Assembly (NCBI GenBank): GCA_044229975.1
Contig: JBGARZ010000010.1
Location: 64,001 to 128,000, forward strand
Direction of reading: 5' to 3'
Length of the DNA: 64,000 nucleotides
Source: Polyangiales bacterium
Lineage (GTDB): Bacteria > Myxococcota_A > Polyangia > Polyangiales > Ga0077539
The position numbers were made by a program, and so were the translations under genes. Shown here in pieces: positions 10,501-19,290 of the stretch (positions within the stretch are counted from its first letter, which is position 1; every line of letters starts with the position of its first letter). The notes below the pieces were generated by a model that was given only the letters and a program-made list of their open reading frames with translations, was not told the DNA's origin and ran no database searches.

Positions 10501-13028
10501 CCCACCTCATCGGCGACTGCGGCTGCCGCGTGGCGCTCACCACCCGGCTCTACTACGGCGCCGCGCTCGTCGGCCGCGCGTGGCACCGCCTCACCGGCCG
10601 CGCCGCGGCGACGCCCGCGAAGTGGCCCGACCTCACCTGGATTCGCACCGACGGCCTGTCGCCCATCGCGCCGACCGCGCGCCGACCCATCCCCTCGGCG
10701 CCGGCCGACAAGCTCGCGTACCTGCAATACACGTCCGGATCGACCTCCGCGCCGAAGGGCGTGATGATCCGCCACGGCAACATCCTCCACAACGTCGAGG
10801 CCATCCGCCGCCAGGCGCACATGACCGCGCGCTCGGTGCTGGTCGGGTGGGTTCCGCTCTTCCACGACATGGGCCTCGTGGGCGGACCGCTCAACGCCAT
10901 CTACACGGGCGCGCACCTCATCTACTTCTCGCCGATGAGCTTCCTCCAGAACCCGCGGCTCTGGCTCGAAGCCATGAGCCGCTACCGCGCGACGCACACC
11001 GAGAGCCCCAACTTCGGGTACGAGTTTCTGCTGCGGCGCATCGAGGGTGATCCCCTCGACGGCATCGACCTCTCGCGCGTGACGCACGCCCTCTTCGGCG
11101 GCGAGGTGATGCGCCCCCGAACCGTCGAGCGGGTGGCCGAACGACTGCACAAGACCGGCTTCCGCCCGTCGGCGATGATCAACATCTTCGGCGCCGCGGA
11201 GGCCACGCTCTTCCTCGCGGGCGGCGGCGACGGCGAGACCCCGCTGCTGTCCGTCGTGACGCAGCCGCTCCAGGCGCAGCGCCGCGCGGTGCCGTGCGCG
11301 CCCGATGCGTTCTCCTCCACCACGCTCGTCGGGTGCCGTGTCCCGCCCGACGCGTGCGACCTGCGCGTAGTCGACCCCGAGAGCACGCGTCTCCTGCCCG
11401 ACCGCGAGGTGGGCGAGGTGTGGCTCTCCTCGCCCTCGGTCGCCGAAGGCTACTGGGGCCGCTCGCGCGAGGACAACGACCGCACCTTCCGCGCACGCGT
11501 CGCAGGCGACCCATCTCCGGCTCGAACCTACCTCCGCACGGGCGACCTGGGCTTCATCGACCGCGGCGTCGTCTACCTCTGCGGGCGCTTCAAGGAGATG
11601 ATGATCTTCGAGGGCCGCAACATCTATCCCATGGACGTCGAGGCGAGCGTGATGAACGCCCACCCCGCCATCCGCCAGGGCTGCGTCGCGGCGTTCTCGG
11701 TGGAGGAGGGCGAGCAGGAGAAGCTGGTCATCGTCGCCGAGCTCAAGGCCAACGGCGCCGCCCACTCCGCCGCCGCGGCGTCGGCGATCGCGCTCACCGT
11801 CGCGACGCAGCACCGCCTCACCTGCAAGGCCGTGCTGCTCGTGAAGACCAACTCCCTGCCGAAGACCAGCAGCGGCAAGCTCCAGCGCTACAAGGCCCGC
11901 GAGCTCTACCTCGCACGCCTCCTCGACGTCCTGCACACGCAGTCCGCCGACGCCGTCGTCGCTCCCTCCGACGCACCCATGGAGACGGTCGTCGACGACC
12001 TCAAGAGCCCTGTCTTCGCAGGCGACGTGGGCGACACCCGCCGCTGGCTGCAACGGCTCGTCGCCTCGGCGCTGCACGTCCCCGCCGAGGAAATCGACCC
12101 GACGGTCGCGCTCTCGCTCTACGGCGTCGAGTCGGCGCAGGCGCTGTCGATGGTGGTGAAGCTCTCGGAGTACGTCGGCCGGGACGTCGCGCCGTCGGTG
12201 CTGTTCGAGCACCAGACCGTCGACGAGCTCGCGGCCTACCTCTGCGGCGAGGAGCGGCCCTTGAGTCGCGTGCTCGTCCCGCTGCAACGCGGCGAGCCGG
12301 GGCGTTCGCGGACGCTGTTCTGCGTGCACCCGGTGGGCGGCAGCGCGATGGCCTACCTCGGGCTGGTGAAGCACCTGCCCGAGCACGTCCCCGTGTACGC
12401 CTTCGACAGCGACGGGGCGGAGGTTCCGTGCGACGACCTCGTGGAGATGGCGCGGCGCTACGTCGCGGAGATGCAGGTGGTGCAGCCCGATGGGCCGTAC
12501 ACCCTCGTCGGCTACTCCTTCGGCGGAACCGTCGCCTTCGAGATGGCCCGCCAGATGATCGCGGCGGGCCTCACGGTGGAGGGGCTCTTCATGATCGACG
12601 CGCCCGCGCCGCTCGCCGCCGAGGGCGCGGTCGAGTCGGCGCCGCACCCGCAGGAGGCCGAGACCTACGCGCGCTTCCTGGCGTCGGCGATGCTCAACCG
12701 CATCGTCTCCGACGAGCTCGACGACGACGCGCGCGACCGGCTGCGCGAGCGCGTCGAGCAGAACCACCAGGCCCACGCCCGCTACCGCGTGGGGCGGGGC
12801 GAGCGCGGGTCGTCGCCGGAGATCACGTTCTTCCGCGCGGCGGACGAAGCACCCAACCTGCGTGACCACCTGCGGCACCCGGCCTTCGACGCGCCCGACT
12901 TCGGCTGGTCGCAGGTCTCGCCCGACGCCCCGGTGCGCGTCGCCACGGTGCCCGGTGATCACTTCAGCGTGATGCGCGAACCCGCCGCGCTCGCGTCGCT
13001 GCTGGCCGAGGCGATCGGCCCGTCGTGA
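7575..13028 (+). CDS. Five-domain fusion enzyme: P450 - FAD oxidoreductase (PUFA-isomerase-like) - fatty acyl-AMP ligase - ACP - thioesterase
   Basis: P450 (~7575-8810): ESLR and FGIGRHWC. FAD domain (~8895-10112): IAIVGAGITG..E....VGGK. FAAL (~10190-11930): YLQYTSGST, FHDMGL, YLRTGDLG, PKTSSGK. ACP (~12030-12250): YGVES. TE (~12260-13025): GYSFG, GDHF. Confidence 0.9.
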   Translation: MTHASHSLVAERETPLAPWPNHNDLVSALAEHVTRYGSVFRLPAFRPTYVLSGAEGMRVMDDLQHVERTLVVMPPDAHLLLANDGIGPLSSTDGAEHFRRLSAWVSPDALDPAGLAASFQRIQRSVDDILSGWERLGLFSLALEVQRATWRLSTMLLLGREAEGHRLVDVDTRSKSTQASEREAAKARLLAWLDGEAAEFEGGSARAPWCLGAKLAAAGTLSRAELVNEINHGLTAGMFGCVPTTEALHRLCRDRELLAELRAEHRALGGDISLAALRRTPKLLKLIDESLRLTTPVPLLYARAKHDFLIDGVLIPAGATLLGAAQATNQDAGFVSTAHDKHVASPAANIAFGIGRHWCPAANVATVSMWLLATKLLASYDLRALDETDIPVRRASGLSAPRGAWVRFGRGTLDGPMHAAAKRAPTLPTPAADDASPPPDLDARIAIVGAGITGLTVAHELRKRGFRHVTVFEGAPSVGGKADTVHVDGRPYNLGAHLCHGSLGVAALAKDVGVAMERTTSYALWDIDHNRAVPRRYQDLAEFDKLRRWIAARPELTREAGFAAEAETYPVVDRWLAANDLGGLREVGPFFTGAGYGFMDEDVPAAFFLKFAQHMAEEGWTPSGGYKHLLETVSRGLDVRCATTVERVVRTKGEGVRLTTRAAGEEARTETFDRLVLTGPLEHAHRYLDQSDEESALFSRVRSDEYYTVLATLDVASPHAAGLYIVPGNTATRGEGGRTTAFVRMYDESRVYHFFGYGVPGQSDESILERVRADARSLGGEITEVHVFRKWAYAPRVSPHDMALGFHAKLDRLQGRAGTYYAGSLLAFELTDHNVLFAQSLVARFFSPDAARPAVDAPVASDPLCRVPERGTSSILDVLRERYERTPDAPVTTFLDARGKEVRTLTYRGLVERATACAVALGDASVRDGDRVALVYPPDTDEFLVGFFGCLLAGAVAVPIASPDPRALDVEVPRFAHLIGDCGCRVALTTRLYYGAALVGRAWHRLTGRAAATPAKWPDLTWIRTDGLSPIAPTARRPIPSAPADKLAYLQYTSGSTSAPKGVMIRHGNILHNVEAIRRQAHMTARSVLVGWVPLFHDMGLVGGPLNAIYTGAHLIYFSPMSFLQNPRLWLEAMSRYRATHTESPNFGYEFLLRRIEGDPLDGIDLSRVTHALFGGEVMRPRTVERVAERLHKTGFRPSAMINIFGAAEATLFLAGGGDGETPLLSVVTQPLQAQRRAVPCAPDAFSSTTLVGCRVPPDACDLRVVDPESTRLLPDREVGEVWLSSPSVAEGYWGRSREDNDRTFRARVAGDPSPARTYLRTGDLGFIDRGVVYLCGRFKEMMIFEGRNIYPMDVEASVMNAHPAIRQGCVAAFSVEEGEQEKLVIVAELKANGAAHSAAAASAIALTVATQHRLTCKAVLLVKTNSLPKTSSGKLQRYKARELYLARLLDVLHTQSADAVVAPSDAPMETVVDDLKSPVFAGDVGDTRRWLQRLVASALHVPAEEIDPTVALSLYGVESAQALSMVVKLSEYVGRDVAPSVLFEHQTVDELAAYLCGEERPLSRVLVPLQRGEPGRSRTLFCVHPVGGSAMAYLGLVKHLPEHVPVYAFDSDGAEVPCDDLVEMARRYVAEMQVVQPDGPYTLVGYSFGGTVAFEMARQMIAAGLTVEGLFMIDAPAPLAAEGAVESAPHPQEAETYARFLASAMLNRIVSDELDDDARDRLRERVEQNHQAHARYRVGRGERGSSPEITFFRAADEAPNLRDHLRHPAFDAPDFGWSQVSPDAPVRVATVPGDHFSVMREPAALASLLAEAIGPS

Positions 13029-14423
13029 GCGGCGCACCCGCCACCCTCGCGCGCATCGCCGACCTGCCGGGACCGCGGCCGCTGCCGCTCGTGGGCAACG
13101 TCCTCCAGGTCTCGGTGCCGCGCATCCACCAACACCTGGAGGCGTGGGCCCGCGAGTACGGCGACCGCTACGCCTTCCGCCTCGGGCCGCGCGCCTTCGC
13201 GGTCGTCTCCGACCCGGAGACCGTGCAGCTCACCCTGCGCAACCGACCGCGCGGCTTCAACAAGTCGGGCGCCGAGCGCATCTGCGAGGAGCTCGGCATC
13301 CCAGGGCCCATCTCCGCCGAGGGCAGGCAGTGGCAGCGGCAGCGTCGGCTGGTGACGGCCGCGCTCTCGCACGAGCACCTCGGCGCCTTCTACGCGACGC
13401 TGGCGGGCGCGACGGCGACGCCTCGTCGAGCGGCTCAGGGCGCGCGCGGGCGAGACCATCGACGTGCAGGCCGAGCTCATGCGGCTGCTGGTGGAGGCCA
13501 CGACGGCGCTCGCCTTCGGCCGCGAGCTCGGCGACGTCGGGGGCGACGCGATACAGCGGCACCTCGATCGGGTGTTCACGAAGCTGATGAGCCGGCTGAC
13601 GGCCCCGGCGCCGTACTGGCGGCTCGTGCGGCTGCCCTCCGACCGCGCGGTCGACGACGCCGTCGCGCAGCTTCGCGGGATGTTCGAGGGGCTCATCGCG
13701 GAGGAGCGCGCGTGGCTCGCGGGCGAGGGGAAGGGCGCCGCGCCGCGCAGCTTCATGGCGGCCATGCTCGCCGCGCGCGACGAGGACGGCGCGGCCTTCG
13801 ACGAGCCGGTGATCTTCGGCAACCTCGTGCAGATCTTGATGGCGGGCGAGGACACCACCGCCAACACCATCTCGTGGGCCGTGCACCACCTCTGCGACGC
13901 GCCGGACGACGTCACCGCGTTGCGCGCCGAGGCCGAGCGGGTGCTGGGGGACGCGAGGGTTCCGCCGACGCTGGAGGCCGCCCAGGCGCTGGCCTACGCC
14001 GGGGCGTGCGCCAACGAGGCGATGCGGCTGCGCCCGGTGCTCCCGGTGCACTTCTTCACGGCCAACGAGGGCGCCGACCTGCCGGGGCTGCGCGTCGAGG
14101 CGGGCGAGCACCTCATCGTGCTGACCCGACCGGCGGGTCTCGATCCGCGCGACGTGGCGCGGCCGATGGAGTTCGCGCCGGAACGCTGGTCCGACCTGGG
14201 CGTCGCGGCGGAGTGGCAGAAGCGAGGGGTGTACGTCCCCTTCGGGTCGGGCGCGCGCCTCTGCGCCGGGCGCACGCTCGCGCTGCTGGAGATGCGCGTC
14301 GTGCTGGGCGCGCTCTACCGCAACTTCCACGTCGAGCGCGTCGGCCGCAGCGAGGACGTCAGCGAAGAACTCCAGATGACGATGCGCCCGGTGGGCCTGC
14401 GCGTGCGGCTGCGACCGCACTGA
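13025..14423 (+). pseudogene. Cytochrome P450 interrupted by a single +1 frameshift near 13415-13418 (pseudogene or sequencing error)
   Basis: The N-terminal frame gives LPGPRPLPLVGN...WQRQRRL. The other frame continues RLVERLR...AGEDTT, EAMR, FAPERW, FGSGARLCAG. Removing one base restores a ~465-aa P450. Confidence 0.85.
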
Positions 14424-14439
14424 GCCCGCTCGTCGCCGA

Positions 14440-15504
14440 TCACTCCGTCCGTAGGTCCACCGGCGGCGCCTGGCGCGCCCACTCCAGCAGCACGTCGACG
14501 TCGCTCGGTGCGCCCGCCGCGCAGCGTCGACCGCCCGCCCGCAGCGCCCGCGCGCCCGCCTCCACCCGTCGCCGAACCGCCTCCGCCCCGACGCCCCACA
14601 GCCGCGCGCACACCACCCGCTCGAAGGTCGCGGCCACGTCCGCCGCGCCGTCGCGCGTCGTCGCCACCACGTCGCTCGCGCTCGTCATCCGCGGGCACCG
14701 CTCGCGGTCCGATCGCTTCGCCGCCGCGTCGTCGAGTCGAAAGCCGCCGCCCGTGACCGAGTGCACCGCCAGCAACGGCCCCACCGCGGTGTGCGGTGCC
14801 TCCCCGCACGGCCCCGGCGCCTCGCTCACGTAGCGCTCGTGCGTGAGCAGGTCGGGCCGCCCGTCGCCGTCGACGTCGCGCACCGCGGCCACCACCCACG
14901 CGCGCGACGGGGCGTACACGTCCACCGCGCCCTCGCGGAAGGACCACACGCGACCGTGGGCGGTGCTCGCCGCGCCGTGCCGCTCCGTCGCCACCCTCAC
15001 GAACACCTCGGGCTCCCCATCGCTGTCGTAGTCGAAGGTCGACAGCGTTCCGACGGAGACGCACTCGTCGCCCGCGGCGCACACGAGGTTGCCCTCGGGG
15101 CCCGTGACTCCATCGCTCCACGGGCGCACCGACGTTCGTGTCCCGTTCGCGGCCACGTGCACCAGCGAGAACGTCCCCGTCAGCGTCTCCGCCCGCGTGT
15201 CGGGGTCGCGCTCCACGGCGAGCGCGTCGACGTGCAGCGCCCACGCGCCCGTCGGGGTCGTCACGCACTGATCGAGCGCCGCGAGCGTCGGCCACGTCGT
15301 CGCGGGGCGCGCGCCGAGGGCTCGCGCGACGGTGGCCCGCGACTCGGCCTGGAGGGCATCGCACCGCGCCGTCGACGGAGCGGCGGGGCGACGACGACGG
15401 CGTCGGCGACGGGCGACGGTGGCCTCGGCGTTCGGGTCCGCCGGGGTCGGGGCGGCGGCGCATCCGACGAGGGCGAGCGCGATGAGGCAGCGAGCGAGGA
15501 GCAC
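14440..15504 (-). CDS. Hypothetical lipoprotein with FG-GAP/VCBS-like Ca-binding motifs
   Basis: Lipobox LVGC; DYDSDGEPE and DVDGDGRPDL motifs. Confidence 0.6.
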   Translation of the reverse strand: MLLARCLIALALVGCAAAPTPADPNAEATVARRRRRRRRPAAPSTARCDALQAESRATVARALGARPATTWPTLAALDQCVTTPTGAWALHVDALAVERDPDTRAETLTGTFSLVHVAANGTRTSVRPWSDGVTGPEGNLVCAAGDECVSVGTLSTFDYDSDGEPEVFVRVATERHGAASTAHGRVWSFREGAVDVYAPSRAWVVAAVRDVDGDGRPDLLTHERYVSEAPGPCGEAPHTAVGPLLAVHSVTGGGFRLDDAAAKRSDRERCPRMTSASDVVATTRDGAADVAATFERVVCARLWGVGAEAVRRRVEAGARALRAGGRRCAAGAPSDVDVLLEWARQAPPVDLRTE

Positions 15505-15570
15505 GGCGGCGGGCGCGGACTCTACCGCAACGGCTTATGCGCTAGCGCGAGAGGCGGTAGGGTCGACTCG

Positions 15571-15942
15571 ATGAACCCCAACGAGCCGCCCCGCAGTCGC
15601 CTCGCCGTGTCCTTCGCGGGCGCGGCGTTTCTCGCCGTGTTCATGGGCCTGGCGTGGACCATCGTGACCATCCTCGCGGCGCAGCGCGGCGTCGATCGCA
15701 CCCAGCAGGAGAGCGTCGGGCTGTTGATGATCTTCACGGGTCCGGCCGGGGCCTTCGGGGGCGCCATCGCGGGCTTCGTCGCGGGCGTCGTCGGCGACCC
15801 GACTCGCTGGCTCCGCCGCTGGGTCATCGTCGGCGTCGTGGGCACCCTGCTCGCGGTGGTCTTCAACGCGTGGATGCTCCACGAGTCGGCGCCCGAGAAC
15901 CGCCGCCCACCGCCCGCGCGCAGCGCACCCGCCGCTCAGTAG
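15571..15942 (+). CDS. Small membrane protein
   Basis: Three hydrophobic segments from MNPNEPP. Confidence 0.55.
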   Translation: MNPNEPPRSRLAVSFAGAAFLAVFMGLAWTIVTILAAQRGVDRTQQESVGLLMIFTGPAGAFGGAIAGFVAGVVGDPTRWLRRWVIVGVVGTLLAVVFNAWMLHESAPENRRPPPARSAPAAQ

Positions 15943-15946
15943 CCGG

Positions 15947-16453
15947 TCACTCCACCTTCGCCCGCGCGAACTTCCGCCACGCCTCGGGCAGCCGCATCCC
16001 CATCACCTTCTCGGTTCCGGCCTCGTCGAGCACCACGAACGAGAACATCCCCCGGTACACCTCCGCGCCCGACTGCCGCAGGCGCACGTCGATCTTCAGT
16101 GTTCGTCGGTTCTCTTCGACGATGGTGGCCCTGCCCTCGACCTCGACCCCGATGCGCACCGGCTTGAGCAGCCGCGCCTCGATGGCCCCGGTGAACCCGA
16201 ACTGCTTCCGCACGCCGATGACCACCCAGCCCGCGAGCTCGTCGGCGAGCGTCGTCACGAGGCCGCCGTGCATCACCCCCGCGGGCCCCTGGAATTCCGG
16301 CGGCGCGGTGTACTTCACCGTCACCTCGCGGCCCTCGCGCACCGGCTTCAGCTTCATGCCGAAGGGGTTGCTCGGCGAGCACCCGAAGCACGGCTGCCCA
16401 TCACCGAAGATCGCCCCGTCGAGCGCCTCCACGTCGTCGTGGTCGTGACTCAT
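15947..16453 (-). CDS. PaaI family (hotdog) thioesterase
   Basis: CFGCSPSNPFG and QGPAGVMHGGLVTTLADE motifs. Confidence 0.88.
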   Translation of the reverse strand: MSHDHDDVEALDGAIFGDGQPCFGCSPSNPFGMKLKPVREGREVTVKYTAPPEFQGPAGVMHGGLVTTLADELAGWVVIGVRKQFGFTGAIEARLLKPVRIGVEVEGRATIVEENRRTLKIDVRLRQSGAEVYRGMFSFVVLDEAGTEKVMGMRLPEAWRKFARAKVE

Positions 16454-16520
16454 CCGATCAACTCTCTCCCCCCTGTGGGTGCCTTCTCGAAACCATCGCG
16501 CCCGTCTGCCGCGACGGCCC

Positions 16521-18500
16521 TCACAGCCTCAACACCAGCTCCGCGATCGCCCCCTGAAACAGAGGGACGTCGCGACACACGCCGCCCGAACACACGCGCC
16601 CGCCCGGCGTCATGCCGCCGAACACCCGCACGAAGTTGTTGATGGTGAAGTTCCATCGCACTTCGAGCGAGGGGTACAGCACCGGCAGCAGCGGAACGCC
16701 CGCGTTGGCGAGGCCCCACGCCTGGTCGTCGAAGCTCCGCTGCCCGACCGAGCGCTTGGTGTTGTCCCAGCGCAGCGCCGCGCTCACCACCAGCGGCAGG
16801 CCGTGCGACCACGACAGCGCCACGCCGCCGCGCGACCCGGTGAGCAGCTCGTCCCAGCTAAACCCACGGATCGCGTCGAAGGTGTAGTTGCGCTCGAAGC
16901 GATGGTCGATGCGCAGCTCGATGGAGTCGTTGGCCCCTACCGGGAACGCGATGTCGAAGTCCGCCTGCACGCTGTCGTGCTTCACGTCCCCGGCCTGCCA
17001 CTGCGGCGGACCGCCGCCTTCCGCGCGGTCGGTCGCCACATAGAACTCGCGCCGATACCCCACGCTCGCCACCAGGTTGAAGTCGCCGCGCGCGACGCGC
17101 GTCACGCCCGCTCCGCCCATGCCCGCCGCACCGGGCTGCACGCCGCCCGCGCCCGCCGTCGCCGCTGCCGCCGCGGCGTTGTCTCTCGCCGGGGCGTTCG
17201 GATCGGCCGCCGACGGCGCCGCGGGCCTCGCCACGGGGCGCGACCGGCGACGGATCGCGAAGTACGTGTGCGTGGTGAGCAGACCGTGTGACGGGTCCCA
17301 CGGGTCGAGGAGGTTGCCGAGGCTGTCGGCGGTGTCCGCCCAGCCGTACATCACCGAGTTGAGGGTGAAGATCCACGGCGACGGCGCGACCGTGTAGTCG
17401 ATGCGGATGCGCCCGCCGCGCACGTTGGAGTTGGTGAAGATGCGCTGGTCGTCGCGCTCCAGCGACGGCGCGGCGCTGTACACGCGGGCGACGTCACGCG
17501 GCGCGCTGTTGGCGGCCTCGGTCGGAGCGATGAGGTAGTGGGTGTAGTCCTTCCACTCGGCGAGCACGGTGAAGCGCCCGCGCGTGAGCTGCGCGGCGAG
17601 GTACAGCGCGTGGCCGTTGGTGGTGCGCGACACGGGCGAGTCGGGGTCGAGCGAGGCGCGGCCGGTGCGCGACGCGCGGCGCAGGATGTCGAGCTCACCG
17701 TAGAGGGTGAGGGCCCCGTCGAAGAGCGAAGGAAACTCCACGCGCCACCCGGCGACGTCGACGGTGTCCTGCCGCTGGGCGTCGGCGAGCCGCTCGAAGT
17801 CGGCGTGGACGACGTGCCCCGACACCTCGATGTCCTCGTCGGGGCCGACGCGCGCGGCGAGCGAGGCGCCGCCGAGGAAGTCCGTGGGGTCTTCGAAGAT
17901 GGAGAGGGAGATGGGGTCGAGGTTTTGCGGGTTGGCGTTGCCCGCGAAGCCGCGGAGCGTGAAGCGCCCGTGATCGATTTCGAGGCGGCCGCCGCGCAGC
18001 GTGGTGTCGAGCCCGATGGGGTCGACCTTGCGAAACGCCAGCGAGAGGCCGCGCCCGAAGACCTGGTAGTAGTCGCCGCCCTCGGCCGTGATGTCGCCGC
18101 GGTGGTAGCGCAGCGAGAGGCGCTCGGGCAGCGAGCTGCCGAGGGAGTCGTAGCTGCCGAAGCGGTAGTTGGAGCGGAGGTAGCAGAGCGCCGCTTCGTC
18201 CGAGCTGCACGACGTGTCGTGGTTGAAGGGCGAGAAGCCGTCGACGCGCATGTAGAGGCGCCACGGGGCCGACGTCGCCGACAGGTCGAGGCGCTCGGTG
18301 AAGGACCCGAAGTGGTCGTCGTGGCGGTTGAACTCGAAGTTCGAGCCGCGGTAGCGCAGCAGGCTGGTGTTGGTGATGGTGAACGCCGTCGGCCCGAGCC
18401 CTGGCAGGCGCGCCACGAGGCCCTGCGCGGATGCTGTGCGGGAGATCGACGGGAGGAGGGCGGAGAGGGCGACGGCGAGCGCCGCAGAGCGGAGGTGCAC
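16521..18500 (-). CDS. DUF6029-like outer-membrane beta-barrel protein
   Basis: Signal peptide; GDYYQVFGRGLSL; C-terminal GGRVCSGGVCRDVPLFQG. Confidence 0.7.
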   Translation of the reverse strand: MHLRSAALAVALSALLPSISRTASAQGLVARLPGLGPTAFTITNTSLLRYRGSNFEFNRHDDHFGSFTERLDLSATSAPWRLYMRVDGFSPFNHDTSCSSDEAALCYLRSNYRFGSYDSLGSSLPERLSLRYHRGDITAEGGDYYQVFGRGLSLAFRKVDPIGLDTTLRGGRLEIDHGRFTLRGFAGNANPQNLDPISLSIFEDPTDFLGGASLAARVGPDEDIEVSGHVVHADFERLADAQRQDTVDVAGWRVEFPSLFDGALTLYGELDILRRASRTGRASLDPDSPVSRTTNGHALYLAAQLTRGRFTVLAEWKDYTHYLIAPTEAANSAPRDVARVYSAAPSLERDDQRIFTNSNVRGGRIRIDYTVAPSPWIFTLNSVMYGWADTADSLGNLLDPWDPSHGLLTTHTYFAIRRRSRPVARPAAPSAADPNAPARDNAAAAAATAGAGGVQPGAAGMGGAGVTRVARGDFNLVASVGYRREFYVATDRAEGGGPPQWQAGDVKHDSVQADFDIAFPVGANDSIELRIDHRFERNYTFDAIRGFSWDELLTGSRGGVALSWSHGLPLVVSAALRWDNTKRSVGQRSFDDQAWGLANAGVPLLPVLYPSLEVRWNFTINNFVRVFGGMTPGGRVCSGGVCRDVPLFQGAIAELVLRL

Positions 18501-18515
18501 GGGAGTGCGCGGAGA

Positions 18516-19232
18516 TTAGTCGCTGGTCGGGCAGGCCGGGTAGGCCGGATGCGCGAGCACGTCGTCGATGGCGGTGCGGATGGACGTGAGGCCCGTGTCC
18601 GAGCCGTACTCACGCCACCGGATGCGGCCGCAGCGGTCGACGATGATGTTGCCCGGGAAGGCCGTGTTGGGGACGAAGGGCTGCGTGATGAACATCGGGT
18701 CCATCAGCTGCGGGGTGCTGATGTTGTAGCGGGTCGCCCAGGTGCGACACGAGGCGGGCGAGATGGCCGAGTAGTCGGCGTTTTGCACCAGGAGCTGCAC
18801 GAAGCGAACGCGCATGCCGGCGTAGCGCTCGATGATCTCCGTCTGGATCTGCCCCGACTCGCGCTGGCAGGGCACGCACCACACGGCGGCGATGGAGATG
18901 ACCGTGAGGTCGCTCTCGTAGAAGTCGGGGCCGTCGAAGCGCCAGGTGGCTTCGTCGCCGGTGCGGTTGCACGCGGTGAGGGTGAAGGGCCGGAAGAGCG
19001 CGCCGACGCGTGAGCCGTAGGGGCCCGCGGGGTACGTCTCGGCGGCGCCCGCGTCGACCGGAGCGGTGGTGCCGGTGTCCGTCTCGACCACGCCCGCGTC
19101 GGTGCCTGCGGTGGTGCCGCTGTCGATGACGGTGCCTGCGTCGGGCGTCGGCGTCGTGGCGGTAGTGCCGCTGTCGCCGCAGCCGGCGAGGGCGAGGGTG
19201 GAGAGGGCGAAGGCATACGCTAGGGTCTTCAT
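18516..19232 (-). CDS. TlpA-like thioredoxin-fold lipoprotein
   Basis: Lipobox LAGC, YPAGPYG, AVWCVPC active site, FP.NIIVD. Confidence 0.8.
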   Translation of the reverse strand: MKTLAYAFALSTLALAGCGDSGTTATTPTPDAGTVIDSGTTAGTDAGVVETDTGTTAPVDAGAAETYPAGPYGSRVGALFRPFTLTACNRTGDEATWRFDGPDFYESDLTVISIAAVWCVPCQRESGQIQTEIIERYAGMRVRFVQLLVQNADYSAISPASCRTWATRYNISTPQLMDPMFITQPFVPNTAFPGNIIVDRCGRIRWREYGSDTGLTSIRTAIDDVLAHPAYPACPTSD

Positions 19233-19290
19233 GGGGCTCCTCGAAGGGTGACGGCGGGTGTCGGGCGGTGGGGCCCGCGGATGTTCACAC

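Noticed and set aside
8391..13037. 1548-aa antisense ORF, and similar long shadow ORFs such as 49829-53758
   Set aside because: They mirror real high-GC genes on the opposite strand and contain no recognisable motifs; this is an expected artefact of codon bias.
13025..14833. 602-aa ORF as a P450 fusion protein
   Set aside because: After about residue 131 it is out-of-frame sequence; the P450 continues in another frame.
15389..15412. Arg8 run in the lipoprotein, resembling a cell-penetrating peptide
   Set aside because: It uses atypical CGT/CGA codons, and the shifted frame reads as a normal linker (PPSPVADAVVVAPP). Compensating indels or low complexity are more likely; needs a read check.
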